DNA of 38,741 bases, taken from NCBI GenBank assembly GCA_045533905.1, contig JAZSIR010000004.1:1-38741 (forward strand). The letters are read 5' to 3'. Under the pieces are notes generated by a model. It did not search any database. It worked only from the letters and a program-made list of their open reading frames with translations, and was not told the DNA's origin. Both the position numbers and the translations under genes were made by a program. Numbering within the stretch: the first letter of the stretch is position 1; each line of letters begins with the position of its first letter. Below, one piece after another: positions 20,453-29,836 of the stretch. This stretch comes from Clostridia bacterium. Its GTDB lineage: Bacteria; Bacillota; Clostridia; UMGS1883; UMGS1540.

Positions 20453-21352
20453 ATGACGGTCTACGCCGATGTTTTGTTCCTTATAAACTTTCTGATTAAT
20501 TTTCTGCTTTTGTCTCTCACCGCCCGCATTGCGCATATGAAGGTCTCGCAGAAACGACTTCTTCTCGGCACATTTGTCGCGGCACTATATGCGGTATGTA
20601 TGTTTTTCCCGCGTCTTTCCTTTGGCTACTCCGCGTCCGCCAAGGTTTTGTTTTCTCTCTTTGTAGTGGCAATTACCTTCCGAATCCGCGGCCTTCGCCT
20701 TTTTCTAAAGACGGTGGGCATTTTTTATCTTGTCACATTTGCCTTCGGCGGCAGTATCCTTGCGATTTTTTCTTTTACAGGGGTCGGCGCGGCACTCGGC
20801 GCCATTATGAAAAACGGCATCTTTTATATGAATCTTCCGTGGAAGGTGCTCGTCGCCTCGTCCCTCGTTTCCTATGCCGTGCTTTCCGTAGGCGCCCGCG
20901 TTTTCAAAAGCCGGATTCCGCGCGAAACACTTTTGCAGAAGGTCTCCATATCTTTTCTGGGGAAGGAGGTGTGGCTCGATGCACTCCTTGATACAGGCAA
21001 CGCCCTTTGCGAACCATTTTCGGGGGCACCCGTCATTGTGGCAGAACGGGAAAAGCTTCTCCCGATTCTGCCGGAGGCACTTTCCACTCTGCGCGCGGAT
21101 ACACCGCCCGATGAAGAGGTTTTTTCAGATGAGACTGTGCGCAGCCGCCTTCGCATGATTCCGTTTTCCTCCCTAGGCAAGGAGCACGGGATACTCATAG
21201 GCTTCCGGCCTGACAGCGCAAAGCTTCTTGTAAATGAAAGGCTTCTTGATGCTGGCGAGGTGATTGTCGCTATTTACGAAAAACACCTTGCGCATGACCG
21301 GAGCTATGCGGCACTTCTGCCGCCATCTGTTTTTTCCAAGGAATACATATAA
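20453..21352 (+). CDS. spoIIGA: Pro-sigma-E processing aspartic peptidase
   Basis: [13 protein letters not shown] start, N-terminal TM helices, LLDTGN motif, IPFSSLG..HG.L.GFRPD; upstream of sigE. Confidence 0.92.
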   Translation: MTVYADVLFLINFLINFLLLSLTARIAHMKVSQKRLLLGTFVAALYAVCMFFPRLSFGYSASAKVLFSLFVVAITFRIRGLRLFLKTVGIFYLVTFAFGGSILAIFSFTGVGAALGAIMKNGIFYMNLPWKVLVASSLVSYAVLSVGARVFKSRIPRETLLQKVSISFLGKEVWLDALLDTGNALCEPFSGAPVIVAEREKLLPILPEALSTLRADTPPDEEVFSDETVRSRLRMIPFSSLGKEHGILIGFRPDSAKLLVNERLLDAGEVIVAIYEKHLAHDRSYAALLPPSVFSKEYI

Positions 21353-21369
21353 AGAAAGGGAGATGTATA

Positions 21370-22065
21370 ATGAATATCAAAGAATTTTTATGTGCATTTG
21401 CGATGCGACTTCTCAAAAAAGAAGTGCACTACATAGGCGGTGCGGAGGTGCTCCCTGCGGCACTTTCTCCGGAAGAAGAGGCCGCGCTTCTTGTAAAGCT
21501 TTCGGAAGGCGATGCCGCAGTACGCCAGACGCTTATCGAGCATAATCTCCGCCTTGTCGTGTACATCGCGAGAAAGTTTGAAAATACAGCCGTAGGGCTT
21601 GAGGATCTCATTTCCATCGGCACCATCGGTCTTATAAAGGCCATCAATACCTTCCAGCCTGAAAAGAACATAAAGCTTGCTACGTACGCCTCGCGGTGCA
21701 TCGAAAACGAGATTCTGATGCATCTGAGGAAAAACGCTTCCCGCCGTACAGAGGTTTCGTTTGATGAGCCGCTCAATGTGGATTTTGACGGAAATGCGCT
21801 TCTTCTCTCTGATATTCTCGGCACGGACAGCGATGTGGCCTTTCGCAATCTTGAAGATGAAGCCGAAAGAGAGATGCTCACCCGCGCTCTTTCACATCTT
21901 TCGAGAAGGGAGCAGACGATAATGCAGCTCCGGTTCGGCCTTGGCGGATGCCACGAGAAAACGCAGAAAGAGGTGGCGGATATGCTCGGCATCAGCCAGT
22001 CCTACATTTCCCGCCTTGAGAAAAGAATTCTCTCACGCCTTAGGAAAGAATTTTCGGCTATGTAA
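21370..22065 (+). CDS. sigE: Sporulation sigma factor sigma-E
   Basis: [64 protein letters not shown]. Confidence 0.96.
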   Translation: MNIKEFLCAFAMRLLKKEVHYIGGAEVLPAALSPEEEAALLVKLSEGDAAVRQTLIEHNLRLVVYIARKFENTAVGLEDLISIGTIGLIKAINTFQPEKNIKLATYASRCIENEILMHLRKNASRRTEVSFDEPLNVDFDGNALLLSDILGTDSDVAFRNLEDEAEREMLTRALSHLSRREQTIMQLRFGLGGCHEKTQKEVADMLGISQSYISRLEKRILSRLRKEFSAM

Positions 22066-22102
22066 AAAATCCCCCCACTTTTTTGCAAATGGGGGGATTT
22101 TT
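22065..22102. terminator. Bidirectional intrinsic terminator between sigE and the AraC gene
   Basis: AAAAATCCCCCCA...TGGGGGGATTTTT. Confidence 0.8.
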
Positions 22103-22112
22103 ATGCGTATGT

Positions 22113-22898
22113 TCATTTTTGCATTTTCATATATTCCTGCGGTGTGCAATTCAGTTCTGCATAAAATACTCTGTAAAACGTGCGAAGGGAGTTAAAACCG
22201 CTTTCAAAGGCACAATAGGTGATGGGAAAGGCGTTTTCCTTCAAAAGGCTGATGGCATTATTCAGCCGTACAATATGGATATATCTTTTGATGCCGATGT
22301 TGAAATTGGCTTTAAAAAACTGCGAAAGATAGCTTGCATTGTAGCCGAAATGTGCGGCGATGGATGAGAGCGTTATGTCGCTTGTTGCATGATTTTGAAT
22401 GTACATAAGGAGCTTTGTCGCAAGTCCCGTGTCGGAAGGGGCCTTTTTTTCCTCAAGCACCACATTTTTTAAAAGCAAACCGAGCAGCAAATATACATAT
22501 CCCTTTTTTACGAGGAAATCGCTCTCGTTGTTTTTGATTTCGGCAATATAGGAAGCAATTTGCTTCGTAATGGTCCGGTTTCGGATAAACGGTCCGGCAT
22601 TGTGCTTGGACTTTACAATTTCAGAAAATTCCCGGCACAAATCTCTGGGAATGACCAAAACGGAAAATTTGGCGTTGCCGACAGGAAGGTACATGTGCGT
22701 CTCATAGCTGAGCGCAACAGACAATTCGCCCGCCAGAAGGCGTTCGCGCTTGTTGTTGACAAGCGCCTCGATTTCTCCTTCCGTCACCATACAAAGCTCT
22801 ATGGGCGAGTGAAAATGGAAATCACCATTTCCGTTTTCGTATTCCGTAATACTTAGTTTATTCTCCAGTTCCCGTTTGATGCCGAATGCAGCTCTCAT
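22113..22898 (-). CDS. AraC/XylS family transcriptional regulator
   Basis: Cupin HFHSPIE; C-terminal FGYNASYLSQFFK and AFESGFNSLRTFYRVF...TPQEY. Confidence 0.93.
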   Translation of the reverse strand: MRAAFGIKRELENKLSITEYENGNGDFHFHSPIELCMVTEGEIEALVNNKRERLLAGELSVALSYETHMYLPVGNAKFSVLVIPRDLCREFSEIVKSKHNAGPFIRNRTITKQIASYIAEIKNNESDFLVKKGYVYLLLGLLLKNVVLEEKKAPSDTGLATKLLMYIQNHATSDITLSSIAAHFGYNASYLSQFFKANFNIGIKRYIHIVRLNNAISLLKENAFPITYCAFESGFNSLRTFYRVFYAELNCTPQEYMKMQK

Positions 22899-22908
22899 AT
22901 TTTCCTCC

Positions 22909-22995
22909 TATATAAAAAAATGACATAATTTATATAAAAAGTGGCAAGAAACACCCTGTTTTTTATAGTATACTGTATGTAGAAGAAAAAGTCAA
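22909..22995. promoter_or_regulatory. Overlapping divergent promoters with candidate AraC half-sites
   Basis: Minus: TTGACT-17-TATACT; plus: TATACT at 22969 with a poor -35; tandem TATATAAAAA..TG(A/G)CA repeats 21-22 bp apart. Confidence 0.5.
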
Positions 22996-23017
22996 ATTAA
23001 AAAATAGGGAGGACGAC

Positions 23018-24166
23018 ATGAAAATTACAGCCGTAAATACATATTTCGTAAGGCCGCGTTGGGGATTTGTGGAAATTACTACGGACGAGGGCGTGACAGG
23101 CTGGGGCGAAGCCGTTTTGGAAGGGCACGCTGCCGCCGTTTTGGCGTGCGTGCAGGAAATGAAGGACTATTTAATCGGCGCAGACCCCGGGCGGATTGAA
23201 GGACTTTGGGAAACAATCTACCGCGCCGGTTTTTACCGTGGCGGCGGTGTTTTGATGAGTGCCATTTCCGGCATTGACCAGGCACTTTGGGATATTAAAG
23301 GCAAAGTTTTCGGCGTTCCCGTATATGAACTTATGGGCGGGCGTTGCCGCGATAAAATGAAGGTATATTCGTGGATTGGCGGGGACAGACCGTCGGATGT
23401 TGGCCTTGCGGCCAAACAAAAAATGGACGAAGGCTTTACCGCAGTGAAGATGAACGCCACGGAAGAACTGCAGATGATTGACAGCTACGATAAGATTGAT
23501 GCAGTTTTAGCGCGTGTGGCGGCGATTCGCGAGGCGTGCGGAAAATATTTCGGCATCGCGATTGATTTTCACGGCAGAGTACATAAGCCGATGGCAAAAA
23601 TTTTGGCAAAGAAGCTGGAAGAGTTTGACCCGATGTTTATTGAAGAACCGGTGCTTTGTGAAAATATGGAAGTCTTTAAAGAAATTGCCGCATGCTGCAA
23701 TATTCCCATCGCAACGGGGGAAAGACTTTTTTCAAAATGGGACTTCAAACGTCTTTTCGCCGCCGGCGGCGTAGACATTATTCAGCCGGATTTATCACAT
23801 GCAGGCGGTATTACGGAAGTGAAGAAAATTGCCGCCATGGCGGAAAGCTATGATGTGGCGCTCGCACCGCATTGTCCGCTCGGGCCGATTGCGCTTGCAG
23901 CTTGCCTCAATGTGGACGCTACAAGCTATAATGCCGTCATTCAGGAACAGAGTATGGGCATCCATTATAACGTAGGGAAAACGGTGCTGGATTATGTGGA
24001 AAATAAGGCGGACTTTGCTTTTACAGATGGCTTTGTAAATCTGCCTACACTTCCGGGCCTTGGCGTTGTCGTCAATAAAGACCTTGTTTTGGAAGAAAAC
24101 CAAACGCCGCACAATTGGAAAAATCCCGTGTGGCACCATGCAGACGGTTCGGTCGCAGAGTGGTAA
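23018..24166 (+). CDS. dgoD: Galactonate dehydratase (enolase superfamily)
   Basis: [74 protein letters not shown]. Confidence 0.95.
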   Translation: MKITAVNTYFVRPRWGFVEITTDEGVTGWGEAVLEGHAAAVLACVQEMKDYLIGADPGRIEGLWETIYRAGFYRGGGVLMSAISGIDQALWDIKGKVFGVPVYELMGGRCRDKMKVYSWIGGDRPSDVGLAAKQKMDEGFTAVKMNATEELQMIDSYDKIDAVLARVAAIREACGKYFGIAIDFHGRVHKPMAKILAKKLEEFDPMFIEEPVLCENMEVFKEIAACCNIPIATGERLFSKWDFKRLFAAGGVDIIQPDLSHAGGITEVKKIAAMAESYDVALAPHCPLGPIALAACLNVDATSYNAVIQEQSMGIHYNVGKTVLDYVENKADFAFTDGFVNLPTLPGLGVVVNKDLVLEENQTPHNWKNPVWHHADGSVAEW

Positions 24167-24197
24167 ATGCGATAGAGGAAGCGAAAGGAGTTTAGAT

Positions 24198-25214
24198 ATG
24201 CGTAAGTATTTACTTCCTGCGGCAGGAAATTTTTATAAAGCAAATCTGCATTGTCATTCCAATATATCCGACGGAGACTATTCCGTAGAGGAATTAAAAG
24301 AACTGTATAAAGCAAACGGATATGCTGTTTTGGCTTATACGGACCATGATGTGTTTGTGCCGCATCATGACCTCACCGACAAGGATTTCCTTGCTTTGGC
24401 GGGGTTTGAGCTGCAATATAATGAAAACGGAGTATACCCTGCAAGCCGGGACGCAAAGAGCTCGCATTTTTGCTTCATTGCCAAATCGCCGGACATTGTT
24501 TTACATCCGGACTGGAATGAAGCTTGTGTGCGCAGCGCGGCACATTCCAAGCACTTGGTGCAGTATGATAAAAGCATTTTGCAAAAAGAGAGAAATCACA
24601 GCGTGGAATGTATCAATGCGTCTGTGAAAAAAGCACGCGATGCAGGCTTTTTTATAACCTATAATCACCCTGTCTGGTCGATGGATACATACAAAGACTA
24701 TATTGCGTATGAAGGTATGTATGCCATGGAAATATTTAATAACGATTGCAGCTTATTGGGATACAACGCCTATGTGCCGGATATCTATGATGATATGCTT
24801 CGCGCGGGAAAAAGAATTTATGCGGTTGCGGCAGATGATAATCACAATAAGTTTTCTCCTCAGCACCCCAAATTTGATTCTTTTGGCGGCTTTGTCATGA
24901 TAAAGGCACCAAACCTTATGTATGAAACAATCACAGATGCTCTTTTTGCAGGGAATTTTTATGCTTCGCAAGGCCCCGAAATATATGATTTGTACATCGA
25001 AGAGGATACCATACATATCACGTGTTCAAATGTACAAATGATAGCGCTGAATACCGGCAGAAGAAGCACACAGTCCGTGTTTGCATCTCGTGGGGAATCC
25101 CTGACCGAAGCCGCATTTACGTTCACGCCGGAAGATACGTATTTGCGACTTACCATAAAGGACAGAGAGGGCAGGTGTGCAAACACGAGCGCATATTTTA
25201 TCGATGCAGTATAG
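24198..25214 (+). CDS. PHP-domain metallohydrolase
   Basis: NLHCHSNISDG, TDHD, NHP, ADDNH, GNFYASQGP; AAAGGAG RBS. Confidence 0.82.
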   Translation: MRKYLLPAAGNFYKANLHCHSNISDGDYSVEELKELYKANGYAVLAYTDHDVFVPHHDLTDKDFLALAGFELQYNENGVYPASRDAKSSHFCFIAKSPDIVLHPDWNEACVRSAAHSKHLVQYDKSILQKERNHSVECINASVKKARDAGFFITYNHPVWSMDTYKDYIAYEGMYAMEIFNNDCSLLGYNAYVPDIYDDMLRAGKRIYAVAADDNHNKFSPQHPKFDSFGGFVMIKAPNLMYETITDALFAGNFYASQGPEIYDLYIEEDTIHITCSNVQMIALNTGRRSTQSVFASRGESLTEAAFTFTPEDTYLRLTIKDREGRCANTSAYFIDAV

Positions 25215-25224
25215 AGGGAAAAAG

Positions 25225-25872
25225 ATGAGAGAAGAAGTAATACAGAAAATCGAAAAAGAAAAAATAGTAGTCATCGTCAGAGGCGTGGAAAAAGAGAAAG
25301 TCATTCCGCTTGCAGAGGCGATGTATAAAGGCGGCATACGGCTTTTAGAGGTTACGTATAGTGCCGATGCAAGCGTAAGCGATGCGGAAACTGCGGAAAC
25401 TATTAAAATGCTCGTGGAGCATTTTGCCGGAAGAATGTGCATTGGTGCAGGCACAGTTTTAACGGAAAAGCAGGTGGAGTTTACAAAAAAAGCAGGCGGA
25501 CAGTTTATTATTTCGCCGGATACCGCAGAGAAGGTAATCCGAAAAACGCGGGAGCTGGGTATGGTTTCCATGCCCGGGGCGCTCACACCGAGCGAAATAC
25601 AAGCGGCGCATACGTATGGCGCGGATTTTGTGAAGCTGTTTCCAGCGGCGGCTTTGGGCACTGCCTATATAAAGGCAGTCAGCGCACCGCTTTCGCACAT
25701 CAAATTTCTGGCCGTGGGCGGCATAGATGAGAACAATATTCTCGAATACGTAAGGGCAGGTGTATGCGGCTTCGGCGTTGCCACGGGGATTGTGGATAAA
25801 AACCTCCTTGCGGCAGAAGCGTGGGATGCAATCACGGCACTTGCGAAAAAATATACAGAGGTTTTGAAGTGA
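25225..25872 (+). CDS. dgoA: 2-dehydro-3-deoxy-6-phosphogalactonate/KDPG aldolase (DgoA/Eda family)
   Basis: LEVT, IGAGTV, FIISP, PGALTPSE, VKLFPA, AVGGI; dgo context (symbol from context). Confidence 0.85.
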   Translation: MREEVIQKIEKEKIVVIVRGVEKEKVIPLAEAMYKGGIRLLEVTYSADASVSDAETAETIKMLVEHFAGRMCIGAGTVLTEKQVEFTKKAGGQFIISPDTAEKVIRKTRELGMVSMPGALTPSEIQAAHTYGADFVKLFPAAALGTAYIKAVSAPLSHIKFLAVGGIDENNILEYVRAGVCGFGVATGIVDKNLLAAEAWDAITALAKKYTEVLK

Positions 25873-26801
25873 TGCGTACATATATAACCATAGACGGCGG
25901 GACTACAAGCACGAGAGTACGGCTTGTGAAAAACCGAGAAATTCTGGAAACGGTACAGCTTCCTCTCGGGGTTTTAGCAGCTTCGGAGAATGGGGAGGCG
26001 TACCGTAGCGCCATCAAAGGTGCGATTGACGAAATCATCGCGCATAGCATGGAAACGCCCGAGCGGATTTTAGCATCCGGCATGATTACCAGTGAATTCG
26101 GACTTTGCCATTTGCCGCATATTCAGACACCTGCAGGCATTTTAGAACTGCACGAAACCATGCACGAGGTGGTATTGGAAGATATTGCAGAGATTCCGTT
26201 TGTGTTCATCCGCGGCGTGTGCACCCCTTCGGAGAACTTTGAAGACTTTGATATGATGCGAGGCGAGGAAACGGAGCTTACAGGTCTTTTTTACAAAGAA
26301 TACGGGGAGTGCATCTATGTTTTGCCCGGCTCCCATTCCAAGTGCATCCAAACGGATGAAAGGGGGCGCATACTTTCTTTTTCCACCATGCTCACGGGGG
26401 AAATGATTGCGGCACTGGCAAAGGGTACGATTTTAAAGGATGCTGTAAATCTTAAAACCGACACCATAGACAGAACGTATCTTTTGAAAGGCTATCGGTA
26501 TGCAGAAGAAGTCGGGCTTAACAAAGCGCTTTTTAAGGTGCGGATTTTGAAAAATATTTTCGGTTGCACAGAGGAAGAAGTATACAGCTTTTTCATGGGC
26601 GTCGTGCTTCGCGATGAAATTTTAACTATCGCCAAAGCCAAAGAAAAAACAGTTGTTTTAGGCGGGAAGTCCCAGATTAAGAACGCAATGGCGGTACTTT
26701 TGCAGGAAACAACCGATAAGAAGGTCGTGGCGCTTTCAGAGGCATGTGTGGAGCATTCTACCTCTTTAGGCATGATTCGCGTATACGAAAAAGACGTGTA
26801 A
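25872..26801 (+). CDS. dgoK: 2-dehydro-3-deoxygalactonokinase
   Basis: IDGGTTSTR, ASGMITSEFG, DMMRGEETE, LPGSHSK, TMLTGE; TGATG coupling with the aldolase gene. Confidence 0.9.
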   Translation: MRTYITIDGGTTSTRVRLVKNREILETVQLPLGVLAASENGEAYRSAIKGAIDEIIAHSMETPERILASGMITSEFGLCHLPHIQTPAGILELHETMHEVVLEDIAEIPFVFIRGVCTPSENFEDFDMMRGEETELTGLFYKEYGECIYVLPGSHSKCIQTDERGRILSFSTMLTGEMIAALAKGTILKDAVNLKTDTIDRTYLLKGYRYAEEVGLNKALFKVRILKNIFGCTEEEVYSFFMGVVLRDEILTIAKAKEKTVVLGGKSQIKNAMAVLLQETTDKKVVALSEACVEHSTSLGMIRVYEKDV

Positions 26802-26814
26802 GATAGCTGGGGCA

Positions 26815-27085
26815 AAAAAGGGAATGTAAAAAAAGTCCAGAACACAAAAAGGCAATAAAAACACGGCACAGGGAGTACGAATTTTTCGCAGAAATCTACT
26901 CTAAGGCAGAAAAATCTCATTTCGTTCGTTTTTTCTTTCTTTTTAAGCCTTTTTGCTACACAAAAACTCCACCGCTCGCAATACCCATGTATAGCGTCGG
27001 GTGGAGTTTTCGCGTTCTGCCTCTTTTTTTCCTATTCCCCAAAAGGGACTGTAAAAAAACAAAGTTTTTTTACAGTCCCCTTTTT
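26815..27085. mobile_element. Putative MITE / non-autonomous IS remnant with ~20 bp imperfect terminal inverted repeats
   Basis: AAAAAGGGAATGTAAAAAAA (26815-26834) vs TTTTTTTACAGTCCCCTTTTT (27065-27085); third copy at 27041-27059; internal hairpin 26963-27010; no convincing ORF. Confidence 0.45.
27041..27085. terminator. Bidirectional hairpin terminator at the end of cdd
   Basis: AAAAGGGACTGTAAAAAAAC-AAA-GTTTTTTTACAGTCCCCTTTTT. Confidence 0.75.
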
Positions 27086-27422
27086 ATAGTGTAAATGCAT
27101 TCGGTAAAAGCTTCGAGAGGCGGTATGTGCCTTCCGGCGTTATGACATCCATATCCCCGAATTCGGCGAGCGCCTGTCGGCAAATGCCGCAAGGCATATG
27201 TGTTACGGCAATCGCGGTAAATTCCTTCGCACCCGCAGCAACAGCGGAGAAAAGCGCTACGCGCTCCGCGCAGACAGTAGCGCCGAAGGAGGCGTTTTCA
27301 ATATTGCAACCTACAAATACGCGCCCGTCTTTTGCCTCGAGCGCGGCACCCACACGAAGACCTGAATAGGGAGCGTAGGCGTTTTGGGCGGCGTCCTGCG
27401 CCATCAAAAGAAGTGTATGCAT
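27084..27422 (-). CDS. cdd: Cytidine deaminase (homotetrameric type)
   Basis: AYAPYS, VGAAL, GCNIENAS, CAERVA, PCGICRQ, LLPNAF; GAGGTG RBS favours ATG 27422. Confidence 0.93.
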   Translation of the reverse strand: MHTLLLMAQDAAQNAYAPYSGLRVGAALEAKDGRVFVGCNIENASFGATVCAERVALFSAVAAGAKEFTAIAVTHMPCGICRQALAEFGDMDVITPEGTYRLSKLLPNAFTL

Positions 27423-27423
27423 A

Positions 27424-27867
27424 TTATTCACCTCGCAAAAGTCCAAGTTCGGTTAAAATCTGTTCTTCCATTTTCCGCATTTCAACGCGATCGTCTTCCT
27501 CTATATGGTCATACCCGTAAAGATGGAGCATGGAGTGCACCGTGAGAAATCCGATTTCGCGCGCCGCGCTGTGTCCGTATTCCTCAGCCTGCTCATACGC
27601 TTTTTCGAGAGAAAGTACAATATCGCCGAGCATCTTTCCTTCGTCTTCCATCGGGAAGGAAAGAACGTCCGTTTCCTTGTCAATATTTCGCCATGCGGCG
27701 TTGAGTTCTTTAATGCGAGCGTTATCGCATACTAGAATAGAAACTGCGCGCTTTCCGCCCTTTTCGAGCGTGCGGAAAGCACCGCGTGCGCTTTTCTTTA
27801 TGGTGCGGCGCACCGAAAATGTGAGAGGGCAGACGGATTGTTCATTCCGAAGCCAGATGGTAAGCAT
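27424..27867 (-). CDS. ybeY: rRNA maturation endoribonuclease YbeY
   Basis: TDVLSFP, LGDIVLS, HSMLHLYGYDH; AGGAG RBS. Confidence 0.93.
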   Translation of the reverse strand: MLTIWLRNEQSVCPLTFSVRRTIKKSARGAFRTLEKGGKRAVSILVCDNARIKELNAAWRNIDKETDVLSFPMEDEGKMLGDIVLSLEKAYEQAEEYGHSAAREIGFLTVHSMLHLYGYDHIEEDDRVEMRKMEEQILTELGLLRGE

Positions 27868-27868
27868 A

Positions 27869-29827
27869 CTAATTCTCCTTCTTTTCGTTTTCGGGGTACT
27901 TGATGCGGCTGTGGAAGTAGCCGCAGAATACGTGTACAAAGGCCGATTCAATAGCCTCTAAATCGCGGAGGGTAAGGCCGCTTTCGCTCATTTGCCCATC
28001 CGCAAGTTTACCTGCAATGATTTTTTGAACCATCTCGCGGATGGAGGATTCGTCCTTTTGCTCGAGTGACCGCACCGCGGCCTCAGCGGAGTCGGCAAGC
28101 ATAACAATTGCTTCTTCTCTTGTTTGCGGCCGGGGCCCGCGGTAGCGGAATTTTTCTTCGCTGACTTCGCTTTCCGTTTCAATTTGCGCCTTGTGGTAGA
28201 AGAACGAAATGAGGGAAGTGCCGTGATGCGAGGCAATGATGCCGCGGATGGCGCCGGGGAGGCGTGCCGTCCTTGCAAGCTCCAGCCCCTCTTTTACATG
28301 GGAAAGAATGAGCGAAGCAGAAAGCACAGGGTCCATCTTGTCATGCGGGTTTTCCGCATACTGATTTTCTTTGTAATACTGCGGCCGGCGCAGTTTTCCT
28401 ACATCGTGGTAGTAGGCACCCGTGCGGGCAAGAAGGGCATTGCCGCCTACGGCTTCGCAGGCCACTTCCGAGAGATTGCCCACCATAAGACTGTGGTGAT
28501 ATGTACCGGGGGCTTCCGTCAGAAGCCGCTTTAAGAGCGGCTGGTCGGGGTTGGCAAGCTCTAAAAGCTTAAACGGCGTGGTTACATCAAAAGCGTATTC
28601 CCAGAACGGGAGGGTGCCGATCACAAGAACAGAGCTTATCGCGCCTGCGCCAAGCCCATACAGGCCGCGCAGAAGTGCCCCGCGCATTGTGAGCCCCTCT
28701 AAAGCACTGATGGCAAAATAGAGAAGAAACTCTGCCGCCATCATAAGCCCCGCTGAGGAAACAAGCGCGTTGCGGCCGCGGGGGCGCGTAAAGATAAAGG
28801 CGGATATTGTGCCTGAAAGAAGCAGGGAAGAGAGACAGAAAACGTCACCTTCAAAGATCAGTGCGGCAATTACGGAAACGACCGCATTATAGAGGATGGC
28901 AAAGCGGATATCCACAAGGATTGCGAGAAGCATAGTGCCTGCAATAATCGGCAGAAGATAGGGGTTTATCGCTTTGGCAGTCCCGAAAGAACTTATCAGC
29001 ACCGTCAGGAAAAAGATGATGGCAATCATCAGAAGAAGGCCCGCGTTTGCAAGCGTTTCGCGGCTGTACTGCTTCATATACAGGTATAAAGCACCATACA
29101 GAGAGGCCAGAAGGAGAAAGACACCAATGGCAGAAAGCGCGCGCACGCCCGCTTTTTCGGATTCTACCATCCCGAGTGCCGAAATTACGGCATACTGCGA
29201 CTCGGATACAATGTCGCCGCGGCGCACAATAATCTGGTTGGCCTTATAGGTTACGGGCGGCACACTTGCACGCAGTGCTTCGCGTGCCTCTGCCGTTTTT
29301 TCAGCATTGAAAAACTTGTTTTCCCGAAGCGACCCGCCCAGAAGCGAAACGGCAAGAGAGGCGTGCCGCGTCTTTTCGCTTAAAAGCATATGCGCTTCTT
29401 CGAGCGCCGCCGCCTTATCGGTAACGCCTGCAGCAAGAAGTGTTTTTTGTGTTTCCAGTGTAAGGGAGGCAAAGGCCTCAAAAGCCACCTCGTCAAGTGA
29501 AAGAAGCGGGGAAACATCGGCTCCGCTGATGTGCAGAGAGGTCGCGCTGTCTTCGCGTCCGTCCCGAATGGAATCAAACGCGACAGAAAGTGCCTTCTCC
29601 GCTTCGCGGGTTGCCTCTTCCGAAATATCATATTTATCCTGTAAGTCCGCCTCGGCCTCCAGTCGGCGTGCCTTGGTCATAAGCTCGTCCACAATCTCGC
29701 GCGGTGCATAAATGTCCGAAGGAGCCGCGCGTCCGGCCACAATGTCATACTGCGCAGGACGAAGTCCCGCCAGAACAAGAAGAAAGGTCACAATAAAAGA
29801 AACGGCAACGATACTTGCTTTTTTCAT
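27869..29827 (-). CDS. pgpH: 7TM HD-domain phosphohydrolase (PgpH/YqfF-like c-di-AMP phosphodiesterase)
   Basis: Extracellular domain plus multiple TM helices, EAPGTYHHS, YYHDVGK, HHGT, MLADSAEAA; lies between phoH and ybeY. Confidence 0.85.
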   Translation of the reverse strand: MKKASIVAVSFIVTFLLVLAGLRPAQYDIVAGRAAPSDIYAPREIVDELMTKARRLEAEADLQDKYDISEEATREAEKALSVAFDSIRDGREDSATSLHISGADVSPLLSLDEVAFEAFASLTLETQKTLLAAGVTDKAAALEEAHMLLSEKTRHASLAVSLLGGSLRENKFFNAEKTAEAREALRASVPPVTYKANQIIVRRGDIVSESQYAVISALGMVESEKAGVRALSAIGVFLLLASLYGALYLYMKQYSRETLANAGLLLMIAIIFFLTVLISSFGTAKAINPYLLPIIAGTMLLAILVDIRFAILYNAVVSVIAALIFEGDVFCLSSLLLSGTISAFIFTRPRGRNALVSSAGLMMAAEFLLYFAISALEGLTMRGALLRGLYGLGAGAISSVLVIGTLPFWEYAFDVTTPFKLLELANPDQPLLKRLLTEAPGTYHHSLMVGNLSEVACEAVGGNALLARTGAYYHDVGKLRRPQYYKENQYAENPHDKMDPVLSASLILSHVKEGLELARTARLPGAIRGIIASHHGTSLISFFYHKAQIETESEVSEEKFRYRGPRPQTREEAIVMLADSAEAAVRSLEQKDESSIREMVQKIIAGKLADGQMSESGLTLRDLEAIESAFVHVFCGYFHSRIKYPENEKKEN

Positions 29828-29836
29828 CTGTTCACC

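Noticed and set aside
26492-26920. 142 aa minus-strand ORF starting in the MITE-like region as a transposase remnant
   Set aside because: Mostly antisense to dgoK with a low-complexity start; no transposase motif
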